Assembly: GCA_035559435.1 (NCBI GenBank)
Contig: DATMBC010000080.1
Span: forward strand, 603-64,602
Direction: 5' to 3'
From: a bacterium
GTDB taxonomy: Bacteria; Zixibacteria; MSB-5A5; WJJR01
Length of the DNA stretch: 64,000 bases
The notes under the pieces were generated by a model. The model was not told the origin of the DNA, searched no databases, and saw nothing but the letters and a program-made list of their open reading frames with translations. Within the stretch, counting starts at the first letter, position 1. Each line of letters opens with the position of its first letter. A program made the translations under genes and the position numbers. Shown here piece after piece: positions 1-8,549 of this stretch.

Positions 1-198
1 TCATTGCGCGAGTTTTCGGCGCATGCGGTGGCGACCACGATCCTGGGCGGAGAGACTCTGGTAGCCACCGTCCTGGCCGCGCTGGTCCTGTCGGAATTTC
101 CAAGCCCGTGGGCGTATCTCGGCGCCATTCCGATCGCGATTGGCGTCGTGTGGACCTTGCGCCTGGAGCGCAATCGCGTGTTGGTGGAAGAGGCGTAG
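1..198 (+). CDS. DMT/EamA-type transporter, C-terminal fragment (5' end outside window)
   Basis: Frame 1 is open from base 1 to the stop at 196-198. The hydrophobic helix pattern (TILGGETLVATVLAALVLSEFP...GAIPIAIGVV) is typical of the last EamA repeat. Confidence 0.45.
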   Translation, partial: SLREFSAHAVATTILGGETLVATVLAALVLSEFPSPWAYLGAIPIAIGVVWTLRLERNRVLVEEA

Positions 199-376
199 CG
201 GGGAATCGGGCCTGAGTGCGCTACCTGGAAACTGGCTGACGCGGAAACCAAGACTTCAACGCCCATTCCTCGTGCGCGACCGGCGGAGATACCACATCGC
301 CCCCGCGGAAGCGGGGGCCCGGACCGCAGGAGCAAGTGTCTGAATTTCCAATGTCGCGGGAAGAAAGGCGTAGCGC

Positions 377-1237
377 CTAATACGATTCGTCCGGACCGGG
401 GAATCTGCGCGCGCGGACATCGTCGCGGTAGCGCGTGAAGGCGTCCTTCATCGCCGTCGACAACTCCGCATACCGCCGCACAAACTTCGGACGAAAATCG
501 GGGAAGAGCCCAAGGAGATCATTGGTGACGAGGATTTGGCCGTCGCATCCGACTCCCGCGCCGATACCGATGGTGGGAATTTCGATGGCCTGGCTGATCT
601 CCGCGGCCAGACCCGCCGGAATACTCTCCAGCACGATGGAAAAGCAGCCGGCCTCGGCCAGCGCCTGCGCCGACTCCATGAGGTACTGACGCCCCTCATC
701 GGATTTCCCCTGAACCGAATAGCCGCCGAACCGGTGCACCGACTGCGGCACCAAGCCGATGTGGCCCATGACCGGGATGCCGGCCTCGATTAGGCGCTTG
801 ACCGTCGGCGCCATGGGCAACCCGCCCTCGAGTTTGACCGCGGCCGCTCCGGCTTCCTTGAGGAAACGCCCGGCATTGCGCAACGCCTCGTCGGCACTCA
901 CCTGGTAGGACATAAAGGGCATGTCGGCGATGACCAGCGCATGCCGGACCGCGCGCGCCACGGCGCGGGTATGGTAGATCATCTGATCGACCGTGATCGA
1001 AAGCGTGGTCTCCTCGCCATAGAAGACCATGTTGGCCGAATCGCCGACGAGGACACCGTCCAGGCCGCATTCATCGAGGAAACGCGCCGTGAAATAATCA
1101 TAGGCGGTCAGCATCGCGATCGGATGCCCGGCTTTCTTCATGCGCACGATATCGGTCACGGTGACCGGCTTGTCGCTCAACATGCCCTTTGCCTTGCCGG
1201 CGGCGATTCCCGCCTGTCGCGGTGATACAGTCGACAT
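377..1237 (-). CDS. panB: 3-methyl-2-oxobutanoate hydroxymethyltransferase (ketopantoate hydroxymethyltransferase)
   Basis: Motifs MLTAYDY, VGDSANMV, ADMPFMSY, VKLEGG and GHIGLVPQS. The start is uncertain: candidates are ATG 1237, ATG 1183 and GTG 1261. Confidence 0.9.
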   Translation of the reverse strand: MSTVSPRQAGIAAGKAKGMLSDKPVTVTDIVRMKKAGHPIAMLTAYDYFTARFLDECGLDGVLVGDSANMVFYGEETTLSITVDQMIYHTRAVARAVRHALVIADMPFMSYQVSADEALRNAGRFLKEAGAAAVKLEGGLPMAPTVKRLIEAGIPVMGHIGLVPQSVHRFGGYSVQGKSDEGRQYLMESAQALAEAGCFSIVLESIPAGLAAEISQAIEIPTIGIGAGVGCDGQILVTNDLLGLFPDFRPKFVRRYAELSTAMKDAFTRYRDDVRARRFPGPDESY

Positions 1238-1301
1238 GATCCGCCTCGCATCCTCCTGCACCCGGAATACGAGGGGAATCTACGATTTGCCGGGGGGTAA
1301 A

Positions 1302-1949
1302 TCAATCGGCGGTGGGTTGGCCGCCGGCCCAGGAGTCGGCCTCGCCCATGAGGTAGGTCTTGGCGCCGCGTGTGCCGAGAATCCGCTCGAAGAGGGCGTT
1401 TTTGGCCTTGTCCGACGCCAGCCAGGACGTCGAGGCGGTGCGCACCACCAGAAGCGGCGCGGTGTCATACGCGAAGAAGTGGTGATTGAAGAAGGCGATC
1501 AGATCGCGCCAACGCGCCGGATCGACATTCTTGTCCAGCGCACGCAGTGTCTCCACCAGGTCTTCTTCCGGTCCCTGCAGGTAGACAACCAGGTCCAGCG
1601 TCACCGGCGGCGGGACAATCACGGCGGCGATCTTCTGGTAGAGCGTCCAATCCTTCTCGGCCAACAGCGCCCGGGCCCAGAGTCGATGGGTCTCGAAGAT
1701 GTAGTCGGTGACAATCTGCTCGCGGAACAGGTCGGTGCCGATCAGGCCATGCGCCCAATCGTAGCGGTCGATCAGAATCTGCAGGAGCGACGAGAGATGC
1801 GACGCGCGTCCGCCGGCCAGCGTCACCGGTTCCTCGGCGCAGGCGGCGTACCAGCCGGGCTGGTCGCCGATCCATTGGGCAAACTCGGTGTGTCCCGAGC
1901 CGGGGAGTCCCTCGATGGCGATGAGGCGGCGGTTGGGAGGCGCGGTCAT
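1302..1949 (-). CDS. Deoxynucleoside-kinase-like protein, divergent (Walker A reads GLPGSGHT)
   Basis: dNK-like layout: IAIEG-P-loop, QILIDRY, TDYIFE and DLVVYLQG. The P-loop Lys is His, and no RGR lid motif is visible. Confidence 0.55.
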   Translation of the reverse strand: MTAPPNRRLIAIEGLPGSGHTEFAQWIGDQPGWYAACAEEPVTLAGGRASHLSSLLQILIDRYDWAHGLIGTDLFREQIVTDYIFETHRLWARALLAEKDWTLYQKIAAVIVPPPVTLDLVVYLQGPEEDLVETLRALDKNVDPARWRDLIAFFNHHFFAYDTAPLLVVRTASTSWLASDKAKNALFERILGTRGAKTYLMGEADSWAGGQPTAD

Positions 1950-1958
1950 CGGGAATGG

Positions 1959-2531
1959 TCAGGTCCGGGGCGCGTACGTCGTTGGCAAGGCGCCGGCCAC
2001 CACGCCGAGAATCTGGTCAGACGGCGGCAGCGCCGCAAGCAGTTCCCGCATCGACAGCCCCAGCTCCGGATGGGTTTGTTCGGCGTCCAGGTCGCAGAGG
2101 GGGCGCAGAACAAACTCGCGCTGGTGCATGAAGGGATGCGGCACGACCAGCGCATCGTTCTGGAAGACCAGATCATCATACAGCAGGATGTCGAGGTCGA
2201 TGGTGCGCGCACCGATCCGTGCGCCGGCCTTTGCCCCGGCCGGAGCGGGGGAGCGCCCCAGCGCGATCTCGATCTCCTGCAGGACCGCCAGCAATTGCAC
2301 CGGGGAGAGGCAGACCTCCAGAGCGAAGACGGTGTTGAAGAAGTTGTCCGGTCCGGCCGGTCCGACCGGGCGTGTCTCGTAGATCGGGGCACAGCGCAGT
2401 GTGCGGATGCCGGCGGTGTCCTGCAGACGGTGCGCCGCTTCAGCGATGCATCCCATGCGGTCGCCGAGATTGGAGCCGGCGCCGACGAAGACACGGCTGG
2501 GCCGGAAGCAGGGGTGGGCGGGCTCCATCAT
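1959..2531 (-). CDS. folK: 2-amino-4-hydroxy-6-hydroxymethyldihydropteridine pyrophosphokinase (HPPK)
   Basis: VFVGAGSNLGDR, YETRPVG, RTIDLDILLY and VVPHPFMHQREFVLRPL. There is a 4-bp overlap with folB. Confidence 0.9.
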   Translation of the reverse strand: MMEPAHPCFRPSRVFVGAGSNLGDRMGCIAEAAHRLQDTAGIRTLRCAPIYETRPVGPAGPDNFFNTVFALEVCLSPVQLLAVLQEIEIALGRSPAPAGAKAGARIGARTIDLDILLYDDLVFQNDALVVPHPFMHQREFVLRPLCDLDAEQTHPELGLSMRELLAALPPSDQILGVVAGALPTTYAPRT

Positions 2532-2920
2532 GACCCTTTGCGCTGACGGGGCGCGACGGGCTTGTCATGCGCCGAATCGTATTCGACTTCGATGTAATCG
2601 AGGTTGCCGGGAATCGGCGGGATGCGCTTGCGCACCCGCACGACCACCCGCTTCGGCTTGAAATCAGCGAGCAGCTTGGTGGCGATTCGTGTGGCCACGG
2701 TCTCGAGGAGGTTGAAGCGGTTGCGCCCGACAATCTCCTCCACCACCGCGTAGACGCGGGTGTAGTTCTTGGTGTCGGCTAGTTTGTCACTGCGGGCGGC
2801 GCGGGCGATGTCGATGTCCAGCTCGCAATCGACCTCGAAACGGCGCCCGGTTTCGCGTTCGGCCTTCGAGACGCCGTGGTAGCCGTAGAAGGTCATGTTG
2901 TGCAGGCGGATGGTGGCCAC
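2528..2920 (-). CDS. folB: Dihydroneopterin aldolase
   Basis: FYGYHGVSKAERETGRRFEVD, DKLADTKNYTRVY and NLLETVA. It sits upstream of, and overlaps, folK. Confidence 0.9.
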   Translation of the reverse strand: MATIRLHNMTFYGYHGVSKAERETGRRFEVDCELDIDIARAARSDKLADTKNYTRVYAVVEEIVGRNRFNLLETVATRIATKLLADFKPKRVVVRVRKRIPPIPGNLDYIEVEYDSAHDKPVAPRQRKGS

Positions 2921-2928
2921 AGGCGGTC

Positions 2929-4155
2929 CTATTCCTCTTCGGGTTGACGGCGCAGACGCGCGCCGATGTGGCGCGGGCGCGGCAGGCGGCGCTGATAGAT
3001 GCGGACATGGCGGCGCCAGCGGTCGACGACCTTCTGCGCCAGCGCCGTGTCCTCGGGAATGGTGACGCGGATGTACCCTTCGCCGCCTTCGCCGAAATCG
3101 GTGCCCGGCGCAACGAGGACGCCGGTGCGGCGCAAAAGCCGGCGGCAGAAGGCCTCGGCTCCCACCCGGGCGCGCACCCGCACCCAGAGATAGGGGGAGA
3201 TCGTCGCCGCCGATGGCTCCCAGTCCAGTTCGCTCATCATCTCGCGGAGCAGGCGATGCGATGGCGCCAGTCGCTCAAGCCGCGCGCGGATCGGCGCATC
3301 CCCCTGAAGCAGCAACCGACAGGCGGCGCTTACCATTCCCTGCGGCAACGACCAGCGCCCCGCTTCGGTCAGGAAGGCGACCGCCGAGACCGCCTCACGA
3401 TTGCCGGCCAACAACGCCAGCGGCAAGTCAGAACGGCCGAAATTGGTGTCGAGCGCGGCGATTTCGACGCCGACGCCGGTGGCGTACGACGCCGACAGAA
3501 ACGACGGGGGCCGTGTCTGCGCGTCATAGGGGAAGGCAAAGGCGGCATCGGAGACAACCAGAGTCTGGTGCTTGCGCGCGAAGGCCACCGCTTCGGCGAA
3601 CAACGCATCATCGGCCTGGGCGGCGGTGGGGTTGTGCGGATAGGACAGCACAATCAACCGGGTCCGTCCGACCAGCCGTTCGGCCAGCGCGGCGAAACGC
3701 GGGCGGTAGGCGTTGGCGTCGCTCAAATGGTAGGGAACCGCGCCGCCGCCGGCCATCACGATGGCGCCGCGGTAAAACGCCGCGCCCGGATCGGGCAGCA
3801 ACGCCATGTCCCCCGCCTCGACAAACGACAGCGAGAGCAGCGTCATGCCGATGACGGCATTGGGAACGAAGGTGATCTCGGATTCGGGGTCGAGCGTGAC
3901 GCCGAAACGATGCTCGTACCAGTGCGCGGCCGCCTCCCGCAGCGCGGCGAGTTGCTCCGGTGTGGCCGGTTGCCATCCGGCAACATCAATTCCCATCGCG
4001 CTGATTGGATTGCCGACGGCGACACGCGACAGATCGATAATCTCGACGCCACGGCGGCGTAACCGCCCGGCGATGCGTGCCAGGTCCTGCGAGGGGACCG
4101 CCAGTCGCTGCAGACGGTCGGTCCGATCCAGAAAGATGCGTCGTCCAATGCTCAC
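2929..4155 (-). CDS. PLP-dependent aminotransferase, class I/II
   Basis: Fold-type I signature LSYPHNPT followed by VVSDAAFAFPY. 408 aa, same strand as the fol genes. Confidence 0.75.
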   Translation of the reverse strand: MSIGRRIFLDRTDRLQRLAVPSQDLARIAGRLRRRGVEIIDLSRVAVGNPISAMGIDVAGWQPATPEQLAALREAAAHWYEHRFGVTLDPESEITFVPNAVIGMTLLSLSFVEAGDMALLPDPGAAFYRGAIVMAGGGAVPYHLSDANAYRPRFAALAERLVGRTRLIVLSYPHNPTAAQADDALFAEAVAFARKHQTLVVSDAAFAFPYDAQTRPPSFLSASYATGVGVEIAALDTNFGRSDLPLALLAGNREAVSAVAFLTEAGRWSLPQGMVSAACRLLLQGDAPIRARLERLAPSHRLLREMMSELDWEPSAATISPYLWVRVRARVGAEAFCRRLLRRTGVLVAPGTDFGEGGEGYIRVTIPEDTALAQKVVDRWRRHVRIYQRRLPRPRHIGARLRRQPEEE

Positions 4156-4158
4156 AAC

Positions 4159-4902
4159 TCAGCCGCCATATCCCGGCGATTTTCCGTCCGTCCCCGACGT
4201 GGTACCCACTTGGCAGCGTCCGCAGACCGGAGCGGCGGCGCCGGCAAACCGCGAGTGCAGGTTCTGCGACAAGGCCAGGAGTTCATCGACCTGCTTGCAC
4301 GTCAATTCATCCACCGCGCCGAGGCTGCGGGCCAGATGCACGATCATCGCGAAGCGCTCGACGGTCTCCATCTTACGGAATGCCGACTCCAGGTCGGGCC
4401 CCAGTGTTAATACGCCGTGATTCTTCAAAAGAAAGGCATCGAACTTATCGAGATATCCCTCGATCGACGCGCCCACCTGCGGGGTCGACGGCGTGGCATA
4501 CTCGGCCAGCGGCACGGCGCCGAGCGTGGCCACCACTTCGGGAAGGATGCAATCGGCCAACGGGATGCCGGCGACGGCGAAGGCCGTGGCATACGGCGGA
4601 TGGGCATGCACCGCCGCCATGACATCGGGGCGCCTGCGCATCACGGTCAGATGCATGCCGTATTCGGTGCTGGGGCGGTTGCCGCCCTGGGTCTTTTTCC
4701 CTTCGGGCGTGATGACAACCATGTCCTCAGGGTTCATGCGTCCTTTGCAGAATCCCGCCGGCGTGATGAGGATGTTGCCGTCGGGCAGACGGGCGGACAG
4801 GTTCCCCTCCGCGGCGACCACCAGCCCGCGGTCGTAGAGGCGACGGCCGATGTCGACCATCTCGCGGCGCAGGGCAAAAGTCGATCTTGCAACTTGAACC
4901 AT
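4159..4902 (-). CDS. Class II aldolase/adducin-family protein (fuculose-P aldolase / MtnB-like)
   Basis: GNLSAR, ILITPAG, PSTEYGMH and AAVHAHPPYATA (metal-binding His). Carries a roughly 45-aa C-terminal extension. ATG 4902 is preferred over 4938. Confidence 0.8.
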   Translation of the reverse strand: MVQVARSTFALRREMVDIGRRLYDRGLVVAAEGNLSARLPDGNILITPAGFCKGRMNPEDMVVITPEGKKTQGGNRPSTEYGMHLTVMRRRPDVMAAVHAHPPYATAFAVAGIPLADCILPEVVATLGAVPLAEYATPSTPQVGASIEGYLDKFDAFLLKNHGVLTLGPDLESAFRKMETVERFAMIVHLARSLGAVDELTCKQVDELLALSQNLHSRFAGAAAPVCGRCQVGTTSGTDGKSPGYGG

Positions 4903-5004
4903 CGCAACAATTAAGACGGTCGCATCGGGGTGAATCAATCGCTTTGTCAGCGGATTGCCAGATGGCTTGACCCCGGTCGGGCAGATTCGTTAGTCTGTGG
5001 CAGA

Positions 5005-5292
5005 ATGGATACTGGCCGTCCCCATTGCTGGAGTTGCGGTGAACCGTATGAGTTCGACGGCAAGATTGCGCGCGGCCAGGAATGCGAAAAGTGCGCGGCG
5101 TGGCTGCGTTGCTGCCGCAACTGCCAATTCTTCGATGAGTTCGCGCCGAATCAGTGCCGCGAGCCGCAAGCCGATCTGCAGGCGGACAAGGAAGCTGCCA
5201 ACGCCTGCGACTACTTCCGTCCCGCCGGCTTTGGACCGGCCTCGAAGTCAAAGAATTCCAAGAATGACTTCGATAACCTCTTTAAGGATTAG
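5005..5292 (+). CDS. Small Cys-rich (zinc-ribbon-like) hypothetical protein
   Basis: CWSCGE...CEKC...CCRNC...C pattern. The ATG at 5005 starts the conserved-looking part. Confidence 0.45.
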   Translation: MDTGRPHCWSCGEPYEFDGKIARGQECEKCAAWLRCCRNCQFFDEFAPNQCREPQADLQADKEAANACDYFRPAGFGPASKSKNSKNDFDNLFKD

Positions 5293-5413
5293 CCAACAAC
5301 AGCGCGTCGCGTGCGGAACGGCTTCTCGACTTGAGAGATGACGACAAGAGGAAACCCCGACCGACCTCATCCGTAAGAGCATTGGAGTATTGAGGCTGAT
5401 CACAGGAGGACCC

Positions 5414-5854
5414 ATGGGACGCAGAATGAAAATCGCGTTGTGGGGCGGCGTCGGATATCTTGTTGTGCTGTTGATCGTGATCGCGACCGGGCTCATAGTA
5501 TTCCGTGGTCTCGCTGATGCGCCGCGGCCCACGCTTGGCACGACCTTTGCCCCGCAGTACCAGGGATTTCTCGGTCTGATCGGTGGTTTGCTGGCCGTCT
5601 ATCTTGGCGGCTACACCGGTTTCCTTGCAAAGTTTTTCGGGCGTATGTGGATCGGCGCAACCGGCTTCGGGGTCGGCTCACTGGCTACGATTGCGGCGTT
5701 TTCCCTGTTGCCGTGGGTCAGGTTCCCCTTTGACCAGTATGCGGCCGGCGTGGCTTGGGTATTCTCTTCGATGCCGATTGGCGTGTGCGTATGGATTCTG
5801 GTCATTCTGCATAACAGAATTGCCCGCGCCAGTGACCATTCCACCCTGTTCTGA
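5414..5854 (+). CDS. Hypothetical integral membrane protein
   Basis: Four hydrophobic helix-length segments. GGAGGA lies at 5405-5410. The start is ambiguous (5414 or 5426). Confidence 0.45.
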   Translation: MGRRMKIALWGGVGYLVVLLIVIATGLIVFRGLADAPRPTLGTTFAPQYQGFLGLIGGLLAVYLGGYTGFLAKFFGRMWIGATGFGVGSLATIAAFSLLPWVRFPFDQYAAGVAWVFSSMPIGVCVWILVILHNRIARASDHSTLF

Positions 5855-6122
5855 TTTTCGTTTTCCATCGACTATTCTTCAGCAATTGGCCATTGCCTTT
5901 GCGATGCGTGCATCTATATTGCAAGCGAGGCCGACGGAGAGATGCATTTGAAGAACCCTTTACAAGTGTTCCAATGAAGGCTGCCCCAGTCGGGTTGAGT
6001 CGCTTGCCGTGACCTCTGCCAAACAGAGTAGCGAGGACAAAAAACTCGATGCGGCTTTAAACCGCCTTTACCGTATTTGTGTTGTTGGCGTTCTTCAAAT
6101 CGAATCTCTCGACTGGCCACCG

Positions 6123-6154
6123 CCGCCCCGGTGCAAACCGGGGCGGTTTGTTTT
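6123..6154 (+). terminator. Intrinsic terminator-like hairpin
   Basis: CCGCCCCGG tgcaaa CCGGGGCGG followed by TTTGTTTT. It lies 270 nt after the nearest upstream + strand stop codon. Confidence 0.5.
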
Positions 6155-6204
6155 GTAACACCGATGTATCATGGCCTGAAATATGGGACAGACAGCGAGA
6201 GGTC

Positions 6205-6909
6205 ATGGCCATGACAAGTGACAAACGGACCGCCCTCGTCACCGGCGGCAACCGCGGCATCGGACTGGAGGTGTGCGCACAGCTGGCCCGGAAGGGACTG
6301 GATGTCATCCTCGCGGCGCGCAATCCCACCCTCGGCAAGAAGGCGATGGACCAGCTGGAACGACGCGGCTTGCCGGTGGCGTTGATCACCCTCGATGTGA
6401 CCGACCCGCGCAGCATCGACCGTGCGCTGGCCCGGCTGGAGCGTCAGGGGATCGCGATCGATGTGCTGGTCAACAACGCCGGGGTCTATCCGCAGGGCAC
6501 CGCGCTCAGCTCGCCGGAGGCGCATTTCCGCGAGACCCTGGAGACGCACTTCTTCGGGCCGTTGCGCCTGTCGCGCGCCCTCATCCGGGGAATGCAGAGG
6601 CGGAAGTACGGACGGATTGTCAATGTCTCCTCCGGCTCCGGCTCCTTTGGCGAAGGGCTGGAGGGACCGGCGGCGTACTGCATTTCAAAAGCGGCAATGA
6701 ACGCCCTCACGTTCAAACTGGCGGAGGCGGCGGGGCCTCACATCAAGATCAACGCGCTCTGCCCCGGGTGGGTGCGCACGCGCATGGGTGGACCGAGGGC
6801 GACACGGAGTGTGGTCAAGGGCGCCGAAACCATCATCTGGCTGGCCACACTGCCGGAGGATGGGCCGACCGGCAAGTTCTGGCGGGATAAGAAAGAGATT
6901 CCGTGGTGA
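6205..6909 (+). CDS. Short-chain dehydrogenase/reductase (SDR)
   Basis: TGGNRGIG cofactor motif, NNAG, and S...YxxxK (YCISK). Confidence 0.85.
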   Translation: MAMTSDKRTALVTGGNRGIGLEVCAQLARKGLDVILAARNPTLGKKAMDQLERRGLPVALITLDVTDPRSIDRALARLERQGIAIDVLVNNAGVYPQGTALSSPEAHFRETLETHFFGPLRLSRALIRGMQRRKYGRIVNVSSGSGSFGEGLEGPAAYCISKAAMNALTFKLAEAAGPHIKINALCPGWVRTRMGGPRATRSVVKGAETIIWLATLPEDGPTGKFWRDKKEIPW

Positions 6910-7001
6910 CGCCGCCGCGGTCCGCGGATGACCGTAACGGGCGCGTTTCCGCCGGCGATTGATCGCCCGCGACGAGGCATCGTGCTCGAAGGATCTGTGC
7001 C

Positions 7002-7775
7002 CTAACGCGCGGATTGGCCGCGTTCGCGGTGTTCCAGATACATGAAGAAGCCGGCCTGCTCCAACAAGTCGTGGTGTGGGCGCAGGAGGACATAGAATTC
7101 CTCTTCGGCCAGCGGGCGCTGGGTTTCGAGGGTTTCGAGGAACGCGTCGATCATCGCGGCGATGGCCTGCATGGTGGCGGCGTTGCCGGCGAGCGTTTGA
7201 CCCTTGCGCACCTGCAAGCGCCCGGCGGCATCGACCATGATGGCGTCGAGGGCGCCGTTGGTGTTGGCCGCTTCACGGGCCTTGCGCCAGTCGTTGGCCA
7301 GACGGAGCCGTCCGCGCGAATCGGCCAGTTGGTCGGTCAATGCGCCGCAGGCGGTCACCAGGCGCAGAATGGGTTCAGCGCCGTTGGCGGCGGTTCGGGT
7401 GGAGGCGCCGCCGCGCTGGCTGCCGGCCGGTGCGGCCGCGTCGCCCCCCTGCGCCAGCGCGCGGGCGATCGAGCCCAGCTTGGAATTGACCACCTGCTCG
7501 CACTGACGCGTATCGGTGTCGGGCAGAGTGGTAAGGAACAGCAGAAACTCGGGCTGATTGTACAGTTGCACGACCACGCGCTCAAAGCGCAGCGCCAGAC
7601 GGGTGAAGCCGCGCAGGCGCTGGTAGGTGTTCGAAACCAGGTCGCGCAGGTACTGCGTGTGCCGGTCGCTGAAGGCGGCCGGGAACAGGTGCTCGATCTT
7701 CCCGGTGCGTTTGGCGATCACCGCCACGCCGGTCACGCCCGACAGGGCGCGGATGTCAGACAGGATCTGTCGCAT
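7002..7775 (-). CDS. Hypothetical protein with a Roadblock/LC7-like N-terminal region
   Basis: LSDIRALSGVTGVAVIAKRTGKIEH...VVVQLYNQPEFLLFLTT resembles the Roadblock/MglB fold pattern. This is inference; no HMM was run. Confidence 0.45.
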   Translation of the reverse strand: MRQILSDIRALSGVTGVAVIAKRTGKIEHLFPAAFSDRHTQYLRDLVSNTYQRLRGFTRLALRFERVVVQLYNQPEFLLFLTTLPDTDTRQCEQVVNSKLGSIARALAQGGDAAAPAGSQRGGASTRTAANGAEPILRLVTACGALTDQLADSRGRLRLANDWRKAREAANTNGALDAIMVDAAGRLQVRKGQTLAGNAATMQAIAAMIDAFLETLETQRPLAEEEFYVLLRPHHDLLEQAGFFMYLEHRERGQSAR

Positions 7776-8430
7776 GGTAGACGGCCTCGAAGAACTCGGG
7801 GAAATCGCGGCGGAGGTGTTCCACGGTGGCCTCGGGATCGGTCATGATCCCGAAGGCGCGTCCCTTGATCCGCGCGGTGATCAGGTTTTCAGCGCCGAAG
7901 TAGACGATCCCCTGCCGGAACTCGCCGACACGGATCACCGCCGGCATGCCGAAGACAATCTGCGAGAGCGCTTCGAACTCGCGGTCCCACTCGCCGACCA
8001 TGTCGCGGAACTGGGCGCGGTAGACGACCTTGCCTTCGTTATCGAATTCGCAGAAGGCCATGATGTAGGGCACCGTGCGCAGGACTTCCTCGATCGTGTC
8101 GCGGAAGGTTGGGGTCTCGTAGCCGGCCTGCGACGGCACGGTGACCGTGGCTTGTCCGCTGGTGAACTCGGCGGCGCGCTCGGCCACCAGCGTCATGGTC
8201 GCCCTGTGTTGCTCGACGATGGTGGCTTCCAGCCGTTCGCGGTTTTCGGGCACAGCCAGATCGTCGGACCACTCGCGGTCGTTTTTGTGAACGATGCGGC
8301 CGTCGACGACCACCGAGGAGGTGATGCGGGGACGCGGACGGGTGGCGTATTCGGTCTGCACCTGCAGGACCTTGTCCCCGTGTTTGTGATGGCCCAGTTG
8401 TCCGGGCGGGATGTAATCGACCGCTTCCAT
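7756..8430 (-). CDS. Hypothetical protein, Roadblock-like C-terminal region
   Basis: N-terminal LQVQTEY...ITSSVVVDGRIV module, then VPYIMAFCEFDNEGKVVY...GIVYFGAENLITARI. Overlaps the downstream gene by 20 bp. Confidence 0.45.
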   Translation of the reverse strand: MEAVDYIPPGQLGHHKHGDKVLQVQTEYATRPRPRITSSVVVDGRIVHKNDREWSDDLAVPENRERLEATIVEQHRATMTLVAERAAEFTSGQATVTVPSQAGYETPTFRDTIEEVLRTVPYIMAFCEFDNEGKVVYRAQFRDMVGEWDREFEALSQIVFGMPAVIRVGEFRQGIVYFGAENLITARIKGRAFGIMTDPEATVEHLRRDFPEFFEAVYHATDPV

Positions 8431-8549
8431 TGCTCTCCCGGGTGACGGACGCTATCTTGCGACGCCCGATGGACTTCGGGGCGCCCTGCGCCCCCATATC
8501 CAGTTTATCGAACTATTTCAGCCAAGGTTTAGCCGGAGAGAATGCCCCC

